64,000 nucleotides of DNA from an uncultured virus (IMG/VR IMGVR_UViG_3300031241_000001) (IMGVR_UViG_3300031241_000001); one strand, 5' to 3'; counted from the stretch's first letter, positions 12,089-22,924 are shown. Made by a program: numbers and translations. The notes: generated by a model not told the origin, from the sequence alone.

Positions 12089-12400
12089 TCACGACGAGGT
12101 CTCCTTTGCGCCCTGCTGGGCCTTGACGGTCTCGATTGCGCGGTCGATCGCCTTGCGGAGCGAGCGGAAGCTGCCGCGCAGGATCATCACGAGCGAGGCG
12201 TCCGCGCCGCGGTGCTCGTTGACGTGGTAGTCGCCGCCGATGCGCGCGACCTGGATCGTGACGCGGGTGTCGACGTCGCCGCAGAAGATCTCGATCTGGT
12301 CATCCTCGACGTCCGGATCGGTAGACTCGACGAAGCGCGCCGTGAGGCCCGCCGCGGTGAACCTCGCCGCGAGGTGACGCATGTCCTCGGGCAGGATCAC
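12089..12400 (-). CDS. hypothetical protein, paralogue of 11113-11709
   Basis: Shared motifs as above; GTG start overlaps the upstream stop. Confidence 0.75.
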   Translation of the reverse strand: MILPEDMRHLAARFTAAGLTARFVESTDPDVEDDQIEIFCGDVDTRVTIQVARIGGDYHVNEHRGADASLVMILRGSFRSLRKAIDRAIETVKAQQGAKETSS

Positions 12401-12873
12401 AGCACCACCAACTCGGCGACGACGGCCTTGCGCTTGGCCGCGATGGTGTCCGCGAGCGCCTTGGGGTCCGCGTCCGGTTTGAACGCGAACCACAGCCACG
12501 TGTCCCCGTGGCGCAGCCGCGCGGCGCGCAGGCCCTGCGCCTGGCTCCTGGCCTTCTCTTTCGCGTCGGCATTGGCGATCTTCTTGGCGAACGCCTGGTC
12601 GGACTTCTTGGCAAGCTCGGCCTCGACGAGCTGGTCGACGACCCACTCGGCGCCGCTCGTGAAGTTCGCGTACTTGATCGGCACGAGGGTCTTGCCGTGG
12701 GCCTCGACCTGGTCGCGCACCGACGGGTCGAGGTGCACCAGGGTGCAGCCGCCGTGGCCGTCGTTCTCGGCGTGGCCGACCTTCTTGCCGTCGACCCAGA
12801 CGTCCGCCGCGAACGCGGTGGTCTCCTGGGAGAGGCGCGCGTTGGTCGTGAACCGCTTCAGCTCGATCTTCAC
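12397..12873 (-). CDS. hypothetical protein
   Basis: 158 aa, first gene of a leftward operon, LSQETTAFAADVWVDGKKVGHAENDGHGG. Confidence 0.75.
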   Translation of the reverse strand: MKIELKRFTTNARLSQETTAFAADVWVDGKKVGHAENDGHGGCTLVHLDPSVRDQVEAHGKTLVPIKYANFTSGAEWVVDQLVEAELAKKSDQAFAKKIANADAKEKARSQAQGLRAARLRHGDTWLWFAFKPDADPKALADTIAAKRKAVVAELVVL

Positions 12874-12938
12874 GACCAGGACCTATTGCGCGCGGCGTGC
12901 CGTCCGATCGCAGGCGTAAGCCCGCGATCGCAAAACCT

Positions 12939-13017
12939 GGGTAGCGTGTCACCCGGTGCCGAGCAGCCACGGCAGCCACGGGCACGTGACGCTCGAGAGA
13001 CGGGTGCTGCGATACCC
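12939..13017. promoter_or_regulatory. Paired palindromic operator GGGT-N8-ACCC
   Basis: GGGTagcgtgtcACCC (12939) and GGGTgctgcgatACCC (13002) in a divergent intergenic region. Confidence 0.65.
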
Positions 13018-14322
13018 AGGATCATGCGGGGGCCGCCCTCGCGGCCATCGCGGATGCGTACGTCGCACACACCACGCCGTCGAGTGGCATGATGGCGTGA
13101 TGACGAGGACGATCTTCCACGAGGGCTTGGCGCTCCATCCGCTCACGCCAGACTTCATCGCGACGCACCCGACGTTCGACCCCTGGCGACGCGACGAGGC
13201 GATCCTGGCCCGTGGTGAGGCGGGCTGGGTCGACTTCGAGGGCAAGCGTCAGCCGCCGCGCCTCATCCGCCGTGTCTGTCGGCCTGGCGACGATCTCTAC
13301 TACTGGGACGGCCCCTGGGGCGCGCTCTCGGGCAGCAGCGGGATCGCGGTCGTTCGCGACGGTCGCGTGGTGGAGACGTTCACGATCTGGGTCGCTTGAT
13401 CCGACGGTCACGGGGCTGCCCCCACGAGCCCGCGCACGGCGTCGCGGACCCTCCGAAGCTCGCGACCTGGCGGCCCGTTGAACCACACGACGTCGTCACC
13501 GTCTCCGCGGCGGCCGTACTGCTTGGCGACGTACTGGGTGACGAGGTTCGCCTCCTGTGCGCGCCGCAGGATCGCGTCGACGCGGGGTAGGTCGACGATC
13601 GTGCCCTCGTAGCGGTAGCCGACGATCCGCGAGGTCGCGGATGGCTTGCGCACGGGCCTCATCGCAGGGATCCCTTGAAGGTCTGGACCGGCGTGCGCCC
13701 GACGCTCAAACCGGGCGGGAAACCGAGCTCGTGGCGGTAGTAGTCGCTGATGTCCCCGTTGCGCGCGAGCGTGTCGGCGCAGCCATCGACCCAGCCGACG
13801 AGGCCGTTCTCGACGCCGCGCACGTCGTCGGACAGGTTGAGGCCGTGAATCGCGAGGCTCGCGAGCGGGAACCGCCGCGCGGTGCCTTCGTCGAGTTCTG
13901 CGACCATCGAGCAGTTCATGCGGAGCGCGGTGCTCACGGGGTCTCCAGCTCGTCCAGCTCGCGGACGAGCGCGGCGACGCGATCATCCATCGCGGTCGTC
14001 TTGCCGGGCACGTGGACGGCGTGACTCGCGATGGCCGCTAACTCTCTCGCGATCTCTCCGAGGCGCTCGCAACGCGCCTCGCCGATCAGGACGGCGCGCG
14101 CGTGTGTGCTGGTGACGTTGGCGATCGGCTCGCTCCCCGCGTCGTGGTGGCCCTGCGACCAGAGCCCGTCCGCCGCCTGCGCGGCCATGACGTCGGCGAG
14201 GTGCTCGAGCGCGCGACGGCAGGGCTCGACGTCGGCCTGCTCGCCCACGACCTGGAGGCGGACGACGATGTCGACTGTCGTCGTGATTTCCTTGGGGGTG
14301 ACGAAGTCGATGAGGCTCTTGC

Positions 14323-15024
14323 TCATAGGGCTCCCTTCCAGTCGCGCTCTTTGAGCGCCTTGAGCGCGTCGATCGTGGCGGAGGCGTCTCGGCTCGACAG
14401 CCGGTCGACGTCTCTTGCGTCCCGCAGGTGCGGGCGCGCGTTCTGCGCGCCTTCGTCGAGCAGTCGCCGGATGTAGTCACGCTGTCGCGGGGTCGCGCTG
14501 CCGTGCTTCTCGGGCAGGTGCGACAGGTCGCGTGCGCCGTCGCCTTCGAGCCGTGCGCGGCACGCTGGGCACATCTCGTGCGCACGTCCGTTGACTAGCT
14601 CGCTTTTTGCCGCGATCGGGGCGTAGTCGGCGCCGGTGGCCCGCGCCCCGCACGCGGTGATCGCGCGTGGACGCTCGATCATCGAGCCGAAGCGCCGGAC
14701 GATCGTCTCCGTGCCGTCGTAGGCGCCCGTGCGGACGTGGCGGACGACCGGCGCGACCCAGCGGATCGCGTCGGCGATCGTCTCCTCGATCACGCTCTCG
14801 CCCGAGGCGAGCTTGGTGGCGTAGAGGCAGTTGGCCGGCGTGAAGCGCAGGCGCCCGACGGGCCGCTTGGTGAGCACGCTCCGCACGAGCCAGGTTTCGG
14901 GGCGGCGGGTGGCGCGTGGGTCGGTGGCCTCCTCGCGGTCGCGCGCGGTCTCGGCCTGGTGGACCAGGAACAGCCCCAGCTCGGCCGCGAGCGATCGGTC
15001 GGTGTCGGTGATCGTCAGTTGCAC
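14323..15024 (-). CDS. hypothetical protein
   Basis: Cys pairs plus C-terminal ATPRQRDYIRRLL...SRDASATIDAL helical motif. Confidence 0.65.
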   Translation of the reverse strand: MQLTITDTDRSLAAELGLFLVHQAETARDREEATDPRATRRPETWLVRSVLTKRPVGRLRFTPANCLYATKLASGESVIEETIADAIRWVAPVVRHVRTGAYDGTETIVRRFGSMIERPRAITACGARATGADYAPIAAKSELVNGRAHEMCPACRARLEGDGARDLSHLPEKHGSATPRQRDYIRRLLDEGAQNARPHLRDARDVDRLSSRDASATIDALKALKERDWKGAL

Positions 15025-17354
15025 GGGGCTCCCGTGTTCTCCGCGACCTTTCGCCGGACCCGGAGGCGCCCGGCTTCGTCGACCACGCGCTCGTAGTCGC
15101 GCTGGGCGCGCTTCCACTCCGCGCGGATGAAGGGTGTGACCGCGTACAGGGCGTCGTCGCACGCCAGCCCCTCGACGATCTGCGCGTACACGACGTAGGC
15201 GGACAGCATGACCTCTCCGCACATCCCGACCTTCATGCACAGGTAGCCCGCGTAGATGATCGCCTCGGGCGGTAGGTCACCGACGGGCACCCTCGTGAGG
15301 AGGTGGACGCCGCGGTCGACGGCGCTGAGGACGGGTGCCGTCACCGCATGCCGTCTTGCTGTTCGGCCCATGCGATCGCACGGGCTGCGTGTGCCTTCTT
15401 GCGTTCGAGCGCCTCCAACTCGAGGCGGCGCGCGGCCAAGAAGGACTGGATCGCTTGCAGCGGAGTCTCGAAGAAGGAGCGCCCGAGCGCGCTCGGCTCG
15501 AACAGGATGTTCGCGAGACCGTCGAAGCGCTTTTGGAGCTTGACCTGCTTTTCGCTCGCCTTCTCCACGGCGATGCAGGCGACCTCCCACGTGTGTGGCG
15601 AAGCATCGGGTGGGGGCGGGTCGATCTCGACCACGCGGTAGACGAGGTCGCCGGCCTTCAGCGCGGTGCTCACGCGGACTCCGCGGTGACGCCGTCGGGG
15701 TGCGTGCCGTCGACGACGCGTTCGACGTCGATCGCCGGGATGTAGAAGCGGACGTCGACGTAGTGCTCGCCCGTACGGCCGTCCCATCCCGGGCCCTGGA
15801 ACGCGACGCGCTCGGGGCTCTCACGGTCGGGGTCCTCGTGGAACCCTGCCTTGCTGAGCCAGGCGCGCGCGATCGCGAGGGCGGCGTCGCCCTCGGTGGG
15901 CTTCGGGCGTGAACGATCGTCGTCGCCGGTGTTCCGCCTCACGGCACAGCTGCTTTCGCGAACAGGGGCCGGTACCAAGCCTGCGGCTGGTGCTCGTCGA
16001 TGTACTTGAGCGCTATGGCGTTCAGGGGGACGCTGATCGTGACGATCATGGCGGGCGGGTACCCGGCGACGTCCTCGTCCCAACGGCCCTGCATCGGAGC
16101 CATCACGGGTGCGGCCATCAGCAGCGCCACGACCTCGGCGGCCTCTGAGGAAAACATGCCCCGGCTGTCCAGGAACTCGACACACCAATCCTTGAACGTC
16201 ATCTACTCATCCCCCATCGTGGCGAGCGCCGCAGCGTCGAGCTTGGCCAGGCAGTCGTACTGGCGGGTCATCGCACAGGACGTGCGGCGCACGCGGTCGT
16301 CGACGCCGGGCGCGCACAGCGCGACGTCGCGCCAGCTGTGGCCGGACTGCTCCGCCTCCACGCGCTCGGCGGCCTGGTCCGGGTAGCTCGCCGATCCGCG
16401 TTGAAAGGTCAGTGCGTCGACGTCCTCGCGGATCGCCGCTCGAACGAACTGGCAGTAGTCGTCGAGGCTCCTGACCTTGGCTTCGGCCTTTGCTTCACCG
16501 CGCGTGCAGAGGAGCATGATCAGGCCGGGGGTCATCCCCAACGCCATCACGGTGACCACCACAGCGGTCACGGCGACCGCGGACGGTCGGCGTGGCGCGG
16601 TCACGCCCACACCGAGGCCCACATCGCGGGCAGCTGCGTCAGGTCGCGCAGGGCATCGACCTGGCGTCGCGTGAGGCCGAAGCGCCCGGGCGGTTCACGC
16701 TCGGGGCGCGTCGAGATGGACGGGATGCGTGCGCTGAGCGGCTCGTGCTTCTTGTACTTCATGCCGTGCCCTCCTTTGCGCGCGCTGCGATCACGGCGTC
16801 GCAGGCGTCACAGACGTCCATGTTCTCCCACCACTTTGGCGTCGTCATCTGGACGTCGCCGCAGTACGTGCACCAGTTGTCGTCGTACTTCTTACGTCCC
16901 GTGCAGAAGTCGCACGCGCACCCGTTGACCGTCGATGCCGGGAGCCCTGCGGCCTCGGCGTCCCTCAGCCTTTGGAGTAGGCCGTCGTCCACCGACTAGG
17001 ACTCCTTCAGCGCGACGCCGTAGTGGGCCGCGATCTCGCCCGCGACGTGCCGGGTCACCCAACCGAGGTTGTAGAGGCCCTCGGGCGAGACCCCGTACGG
17101 GATCAGGTAGTGCGTCTCACCGCGCCTGTTGGTGTACGCGCTGCCGTGGACCTTGAGCCATGCCTCGTGGGGCGCGCTGTCGATCACGACGACGGGCCCC
17201 ACGGCCATGCCGCCGACGGAGTCCTCGTGCTTGAACGATACGGTCACAGGGCCGGTGATCGCGGGAAGTGGCTTCGTCGTCGCCTTGGGCGACGAGAAGA
17301 TTTGCTGGTTCCCGACGGTGGTGACCGCGGGGATCTTCTTGGCAGCCTTGGCGG

Positions 17355-17738
17355 TCATTTGGACTTTCTTGCGGGCGTGGGCGTGATGACCTCGCTCGCG
17401 ACGGGCACGCCGGGGTACGCGACGTCACTGTCGTCGTTCCCCTCGGCCTGCACCTCGACCTCGCTCGCAAGAGCGCCGACCTCGGACTTGGTGAGCCCGG
17501 TGACGTCGAACGTGATGACGAGGGACTGTTTCTTGCCGCGCTTGGTGATCTTCGAGATCTCGAGGACGCGCACGTCGGGGTGACCCGCGGTCTCGCCCTT
17601 GTGGTAGCGCTTGCCGCCCGCTCCGTCGGAGGCTTCGCCCTGCACGACGGCGTCGCCGCTCAGCGCGTCGACCTGCTCTTTCGAGAGGCCCGTGACGTCG
17701 AACGTGACGACGAGGTGCTTGGGATTCTTCTTGCTCAC
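17355..17738 (-). CDS. hypothetical protein with internal duplicated domain
   Basis: LV(V/I)TFDVTGL(S/T)KxxVxAL...VQxE occurs twice. Confidence 0.75.
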   Translation of the reverse strand: MSKKNPKHLVVTFDVTGLSKEQVDALSGDAVVQGEASDGAGGKRYHKGETAGHPDVRVLEISKITKRGKKQSLVITFDVTGLTKSEVGALASEVEVQAEGNDDSDVAYPGVPVASEVITPTPARKSK

Positions 17739-17947
17739 GCAGGTGTCTCCGTAGTGGTGGCAGGCGCTTCGGTCTTGAGGCCGCGCGCGATCACCTCGCC
17801 TGCGACGCTGGCCGCCGTGTGGGGGTAGCCGCGCTCCTCGGCGATCTTCGTGATCAACGCGCGGTCCTCCGGTCTCACGCGCACGTACATGACGACGGGC
17901 GCGCGAGGGCGCTTGGCCTTTGCCGCGCGTCGAGGGGTCTGAGGCAT
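17735..17947 (-). CDS. putative ribbon-helix-helix DNA-binding protein
   Basis: VMYVRVRPEDRALITKIAEERG strand-helix pattern; palindrome directly upstream. Confidence 0.6.
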   Translation of the reverse strand: MPQTPRRAAKAKRPRAPVVMYVRVRPEDRALITKIAEERGYPHTAASVAGEVIARGLKTEAPATTTETPA

Positions 17948-17953
17948 GCGCAA

Positions 17954-17995
17954 GTTATGCCCCGAGACTGCGTGATGTTGCAAGAACCTCTTGCA
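17954..17995 (-). promoter_or_regulatory. Putative promoter (TTGCAA-18-CATAAC) overlapped by palindrome TGCAAGA-N3-TCTTGCA
   Basis: Perfect 7-bp inverted repeat at 17979-17995 over the -35-like box; -10-like box ends 6 nt before the ATG. Confidence 0.55.
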
Positions 17996-18394
17996 CATGG
18001 ATCGATGACGTTGGTTAGAGCCACTCCACGTCCGTCACGCGGACGCTGGTGTCGATCTGGTTGCGGCGCGACCAGACGGTGACGAACCGCCCGCTGGACG
18101 GCAGCCCGGGCAGCTCGTCCTTCTTCTCGATCGCGATCGCGAACTCGCCGCGCGCGAACGCCAGGCCCATCTTCGTCTTGACGTCGCACTTGACGCGGAC
18201 GAGGCGGTAGCTCGCGAAGCGTCCTTTGTATTGCGCGTGCTGGGAGACCTGCGCGCTGGCGGTCGCCTGGAGGCTCGTCAGGGTGGCGGAGAGGTCAGTG
18301 TTCGACATGACTCGGAGACCTTGCTCGCGGCGTGCCGTCTCGCGGGTCCGGAACACGGGGGGCTAAGTCCTTGGCTCGAGGTTCGATCGGGGCG

Positions 18395-18464
18395 GGGTAC
18401 TGCGCGACCCAGTGTCCGCGGGGCCACGAGCTCGTGAAAGTCGCGCCCAGGTATTCCACTACCC
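18395..18464. promoter_or_regulatory. Paired operator GGGT-N8-ACCC at the main strand switch
   Basis: GGGTactgcgcgACCC (18395) and AGGTattccactACCC (18449). Confidence 0.6.
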
Positions 18465-18529
18465 GGGGCGTCAGATCCGAGCGTTAGGTGCTCGCAGTGT
18501 TGGCACTCCGCGTGGATTACAGGGACCTC

Positions 18530-19750
18530 ATGATCACGACGACGTCGTTCACGCTCGCGGGCCCGGTCGGCGTCGACGCGCACCCGGTCTCGATCCAGTG
18601 CTCTGTCGACGCGGTGAAGCCCAGTTGCTTCCTCGTGGAGGGCGTGACGCTGTCTCCGGCGCAGGGCAAGGAGATCTCCGTGCGCGTGCGCTCCGCGATC
18701 GCGTCGACGGCCCTGTGCGCGTGGCCCGCGGGGCGCGTGACGGTCAGCATCGACGCGGGGTGCGCCAAGCTCTACGCGCCAGCGCTCGACCTCCCGATCG
18801 CGCTGGCGATCGCGGGGGTCGACACGGCCGGCCTCCTCGTCGCTGGCGAGCTGGGTCTCGACGGCTCGGTGCGCTCGGTGCGCGGCGCGCTCCAGGCGGC
18901 GCTCCTCGCGCAGTCGCTGGGCTTGCGCGGCGTGCTGGTCCCCTCCCAGAGCGTCCGCGAGGTGCTGGAGGCGTCGGGTCCCGACCTGGCCGTCCACGCG
19001 GTCGGGCACCTCTCCGAGATCGGGCACGCGCTCTCCATGGAGGCGGCCCGGCCCGCGCGCGCGAAGCCTTCGGCGCCGACGCTCGACTTCGCCGAGGTGC
19101 GCGGGCTGGCCGACGCGCTCGCGGTGGTCGAGCGCGCGGTCGCGACGCACGCCGGGCTCCTCCTCGTCGGTCCGCCGGGCACCGGGAAGACGATGATCGC
19201 GCGTCGGATCCCCGGGGTGCTGCCCCGGATGCAGCGCGACGAGCAGGTGGAGGTGACCCGTGTCTACAGCGCGGCTGGGCTCTCCGATGGCTTGGTGACG
19301 CAGCGCCCGCTCCGCGCGCCTCACCACACGATCTCGGCCGCGGCGCTCGTGGGCGGCGGCACGTCGTCACGTCGCCCCGGTGAGGCGCAGCTGGCGACGC
19401 ACGGCGTCTTGTTCCTGGACGAGGTCGCCGAGTTCGCGATCGGGGCGATCGAGGCGCTCGCCGCCACGCTCGCCCAGATGCCCGCGGCCTCGCGCCCGAT
19501 CGTCGTGGCGAGCGTGAACCCGTGCCCGTGCGGCTGGCGCGGGTCGGAAGTCCGCTCGTGCACCTGCTCGGAGGCCAGCGTCTCGCGTCACGCCGCGCGC
19601 GTGAAGGGGGCGATCGCCAAGCTCGGCCTGACGATCACCGCGACGGTCCCCCCGGTGACGCTCTCCGATTTGCGCGGTGGCGCCGCGGGCGAGTCGAGCG
19701 CGGTCATCGCGGGGCGCATCGCCGCCGCGACGGCGGGGAGGGTGTGCTAG
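18530..19750 (+). CDS. comM: ComM/YifB Mg-chelatase-like AAA+ ATPase, degenerate and C-terminally short
   Basis: GELGLDGSVR, GPPGTGKT, RAPHHTIS...GGG, FLDE, NPCPCG. Confidence 0.85.
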   Translation: MITTTSFTLAGPVGVDAHPVSIQCSVDAVKPSCFLVEGVTLSPAQGKEISVRVRSAIASTALCAWPAGRVTVSIDAGCAKLYAPALDLPIALAIAGVDTAGLLVAGELGLDGSVRSVRGALQAALLAQSLGLRGVLVPSQSVREVLEASGPDLAVHAVGHLSEIGHALSMEAARPARAKPSAPTLDFAEVRGLADALAVVERAVATHAGLLLVGPPGTGKTMIARRIPGVLPRMQRDEQVEVTRVYSAAGLSDGLVTQRPLRAPHHTISAAALVGGGTSSRRPGEAQLATHGVLFLDEVAEFAIGAIEALAATLAQMPAASRPIVVASVNPCPCGWRGSEVRSCTCSEASVSRHAARVKGAIAKLGLTITATVPPVTLSDLRGGAAGESSAVIAGRIAAATAGRVC

Positions 19751-19817
19751 CACTCAGTGTCCAGGGTGACACGAGCGCGTGAAGCCGTGAACGGCGCGCC
19801 CGGGTGCGTGGGTACCC
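19740..19817. promoter_or_regulatory. Paired operator GGGT-N8-AC(C/T)C
   Basis: GGGTgtgctagcACTC (19740) and GGGTgcgtgggtACCC (19802). Confidence 0.55.
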
Positions 19818-19893
19818 CGCGACGTCAGGTCGGCACGTTACGCTCGGTGGTACGGCCGACGAGTTGGCATCCGGCGTGGAGTAACAGCAGGGT

Positions 19894-21102
19894 ATGCAGA
19901 TGATCGACAGCTCCCCGCTCGTGACACTCCGTGTCCGCCGGCCTGCGCCTGCACTGGTCGACCGCGGTGTCGAGGTCGACGCGACGATCGCCGATCTGAT
20001 CGCGGCGGACGCCCCGGTGGCGATCGGCGTGTCCGGAGGCAAGGACTCGTGCGCCGCCGCGATCGCGACGGTCGAGCATCTGCGCGCGGTCGGGCACAAG
20101 GGCCCGGTGGTGCTCGTGCACGCGGACCTCGGGCGCGTCGAGTGGGACGACTCTCTGCCGACCTGCGAGCGGCTCGCGACCTTCCTCGGCGTCGAGCTTC
20201 TCGTCGTCCGTCGCAAGGCGGGCGACATGATGGACCGCTGGCTTCAGCGTTGGCGTGACAACGTGCGTCGCTACGCGCAGCTCTCATGCGTCACGATCAT
20301 CCTGCCGTGGTCGACGCCCAGCATGCGGTTCTGCACGAGCGAGTTGAAGTCGCAGCCGATGGCGGCGGCACTCGTGCGTCGCTTTCCGGGTAAGCGCATC
20401 ATCAGCGCTTGTGGTGTTCGCCGCGACGAGTCCAAGGAGCGTAGTGGCGCGCTGACGTCCGAAGAGAACGATCTGCTCGCTAAGAAGAAGCTCCGCACGA
20501 GCGGCGTCGATTGGAAACCCATCGCGGCGTGGACGGCGGACGATGTGTTCGCGTACTGCGCGGCACGGGGCTTCGAGATGCACGAGGGCTACGCGCGGTT
20601 CGGGATGTCGCGCATCTCGTGCGCGTTCTGCATCATGGCCAATGGCAGTGACCTGGCGTCCTCCGCATCGAACCCGGCGCATGCCGCGCTCTACCGCGAG
20701 ATGGTCGATCTGGAGATTGCGAGCGCGTTCGCGTTCCAGGGGTCCCGCTGGCTTGGTGACGTCGCGCCGCACCTCTTGACGACCGACCAACTCACGGGGC
20801 TTCTCCGCGCGAAGGAGCGCGCGGTGCGGGTCAAGCTTGCGCAGAAGCGGATTCCCAAGCACCTGCTGTACACCCGGGGTTGGCCCACCGTGATGCCGAC
20901 ACGCGAGGAAGCTGAGTTGCTCGCCGAGGTTCGCCGCGAGGTCGCGGACGCCGGCGGCTTCCAGATCGAGTGGGCCGACGCGCAGTTGATCCTTGACCGC
21001 TACGCCGACCTGATGGTGAAGAAGGCCGCGAAGGAAGCGGTCGCTGCGAAGAAGGCGGCTCGCAAGAGGTCGCCGAAGATGACGAAGCACGTGCAGCTGT
21101 AG
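19894..21102 (+). CDS. PAPS reductase family (PP-loop) protein
   Basis: VSGGKDS, RFCTSELK, GVRRDES..R, SRISCAFC. Confidence 0.85.
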   Translation: MQMIDSSPLVTLRVRRPAPALVDRGVEVDATIADLIAADAPVAIGVSGGKDSCAAAIATVEHLRAVGHKGPVVLVHADLGRVEWDDSLPTCERLATFLGVELLVVRRKAGDMMDRWLQRWRDNVRRYAQLSCVTIILPWSTPSMRFCTSELKSQPMAAALVRRFPGKRIISACGVRRDESKERSGALTSEENDLLAKKKLRTSGVDWKPIAAWTADDVFAYCAARGFEMHEGYARFGMSRISCAFCIMANGSDLASSASNPAHAALYREMVDLEIASAFAFQGSRWLGDVAPHLLTTDQLTGLLRAKERAVRVKLAQKRIPKHLLYTRGWPTVMPTREEAELLAEVRREVADAGGFQIEWADAQLILDRYADLMVKKAAKEAVAAKKAARKRSPKMTKHVQL

Positions 21103-21105
21103 GCC

Positions 21106-21201
21106 ATGGCCACCAAACGACAACCTAAGGTTCCTAAGCGAAAGAAAGCAGCGGGGTCTAAGAAGATGAAGAAGCAGCCGTTGAAGAAGGAAGCAGCCTG
21201 A
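21106..21201 (+). CDS. possible 31-aa Lys-rich peptide
   Basis: MATKRQPKVPKRKKAAGSKKMKKQPLKKEAA fills the gap between two plus-strand genes. Confidence 0.45.
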   Translation: MATKRQPKVPKRKKAAGSKKMKKQPLKKEAA

Positions 21202-22226
21202 CATGGGCCTCGATCTTCGACTCTTGCCCTGTGAGAGCTGGCACCAGGTGGACGGCCGGTTGTGGGGCTACTCCCACACGATCCTCGACCTGGGGCGCCT
21301 CGCCGAGGAGGCGTGGGAAGCCTTCCAGACACGGGTGAAGCCCCACCTCGTGGCGCTGCCCGCTGACCACAGCATCACGTCCTTCGTGGGGGCGCGCGTT
21401 CCGGACGGTCCTTACAAGGACGAGCACAGGTACGGGCAGATCCGCGATAAGGACGCCTACGGCGAGCCCTACGAGGTCGTCACGGCGGAGCACCTCCTGC
21501 CGTGGCTGGAGATCCACTTTCGCTACGACGGCCATCACGGATACGGGCCGTACCAGACGGCGATCGTGGCGTACGTCCGCGCGCTGCCGTCGGACACGAA
21601 GATCGTACTCGACTGGCACTGAAGAAGGGAGACGGCGCATGAAGGACGAGGAGAAGCACAGAGCCCTCAGTGAGGCGCAGGTCCACACGCTCTACGCGCG
21701 TGGCGTCATCGATCAAGCGACGTGTAACAACGCGCTGCGATCGTTCCGCGGTGACCACGGACACGTCGGCCAGCACGCGATCCGTACGTGCGAGGTGGCC
21801 ATCGAGGCGCTCGTCGAGCGCGCGGTCGACGCGGCGTGCGCGGTGATCCAGGACAGGCTCGGCGTCAAGACGGGCGACCGCGCCGCGTCGACGCTCTCGG
21901 ACGGCGCGATCGAGCGCGAGCTGACGCGCTACGTGCACGCCGAGCTGTCCGGCGCGCTGCCCAGCGCGCCCGGGGAGGCGGCGTAGGTGGCGATCTGGGT
22001 CTGCACGTGCTGCCGGACCGAGGGCACCGCGCTGCACGCGCACGGTACGTATTGCACGGTGCACCCGGACGCGCCGGTCGTGCCGCGCCCGCCGCCGCTC
22101 GGTGACCCGGGCGGCGAGGACTGCACTGGGCCCACGGTCAAGGCGGCGGTCCTCGCGGCCTACCGCACGCGCGGAGGCGTCGTCTACGACCTCGCGCTCA
22201 AGCTCTACGGAGAGGCGTAGTTCGTC

Positions 22227-22502
22227 GTGGGGCAGGACGCGCTCGTCGCGCTCGTCGCTGCCAAGGCGCGGCTGCGCACGCACGACATCGAAGGCGCCCC
22301 GTTCGCCATCGGGCTCCGAGTCACCGTCGTCGCGGCGTCCGACGAGACGGCCAAGCCCGAGTTCATGGGGCGGTCCGGCGTGATCGAGCACTACGAGTAC
22401 GACTGCGGCTGCGAGCAGACCTTCCCAGAAGATCCGATGATCGGTGTCCGCTTCGATGACGGCCAGCTCGAAGAGTTCTGGCCCGAGGAACTTGCGGCCT
22501 GA
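22227..22502 (+). CDS. carS: CarS-like antirepressor (SH3-like DNA mimic)
   Basis: HDIEGAPFAIGLRVTVV, FMGRSGVI, QTFPEDPMIGV, FWPEEL parallel M. xanthus CarS as I recall it (HDVDGAPVRIG, FLGQTGIV, QYPDDPLIQV, FFPEEL). Confidence 0.75.
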   Translation: MGQDALVALVAAKARLRTHDIEGAPFAIGLRVTVVAASDETAKPEFMGRSGVIEHYEYDCGCEQTFPEDPMIGVRFDDGQLEEFWPEELAA

Positions 22503-22590
22503 TAGTCCAGAATTTTGCGGGCCTTCTGAGGAGTGCTGAGGAGCGCTGAGAAGGCCAAGATCAGACCTTCCGCCCCGGCGGCGTCTTGGG

Positions 22591-22924
22591 CATGCTTATC
22601 CGGTTAACACCCCTACTGCGAGGACAATGCCATGAGTGATCCACAGGGAACGTTTGCTTGGCTCGTTGTGGTGCGTGATGGGACCGGCACGGTTTCCGAT
22701 TCGGAGGACTGGCCGGCCGGCTCACCGCTTTATCAGTGCGCAGGTGGTTGGACTCACGACGTTCTCAAGGCGCTGCGATACGCGCGATCTGAGGACGCCT
22801 TAGCCGTTGCCATCAACCGCAACAACGGCTGGCCGTGGGGCGCCCGAGCAATCATCGAGGAGCACGGTTTCGCTCCGCTAACAACTCCGGTCATCCTGTG
22901 AGGGGTGAAAACCGGATAGGCATG
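22591..22924 (+). mobile_element. 334-bp non-autonomous single-gene insertion cassette (IS1595-family-like ends)
   Basis: Ends CATGCTTATCCGGTTAACACCCC / GGGGTGAAAACCGGATAGGCATG; 8-bp direct repeat GTCTTGGG at 22583-22590 and 22925-22932. Confidence 0.9.
22632..22901 (+). CDS. hypothetical cargo protein of cassette 1
   Basis: 89 aa, GAGGA RBS, fills the space between the inverted repeats. Confidence 0.75.
   Translation: MSDPQGTFAWLVVVRDGTGTVSDSEDWPAGSPLYQCAGGWTHDVLKALRYARSEDALAVAINRNNGWPWGARAIIEEHGFAPLTTPVIL

Larger units (their letters stand above)
1..18308 (-). other. Dense array of short co-oriented hypothetical genes (phage-like accessory region)
   Basis: Chain of minus-strand ORFs with overlapping stop/start codons (e.g. 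277/274, 950/947, 1228/1225, 2765/2762, 7692/7689, 8246/8243, 17358/17355, 17738/17735); most have no motif I recognise. Confidence 0.8.

Noticed and set aside
22591..22613. Cassette ends as Xer/dif or integron att sites
   Set aside because: Flanking 8-bp duplications fit DDE transposition better than site-specific recombination
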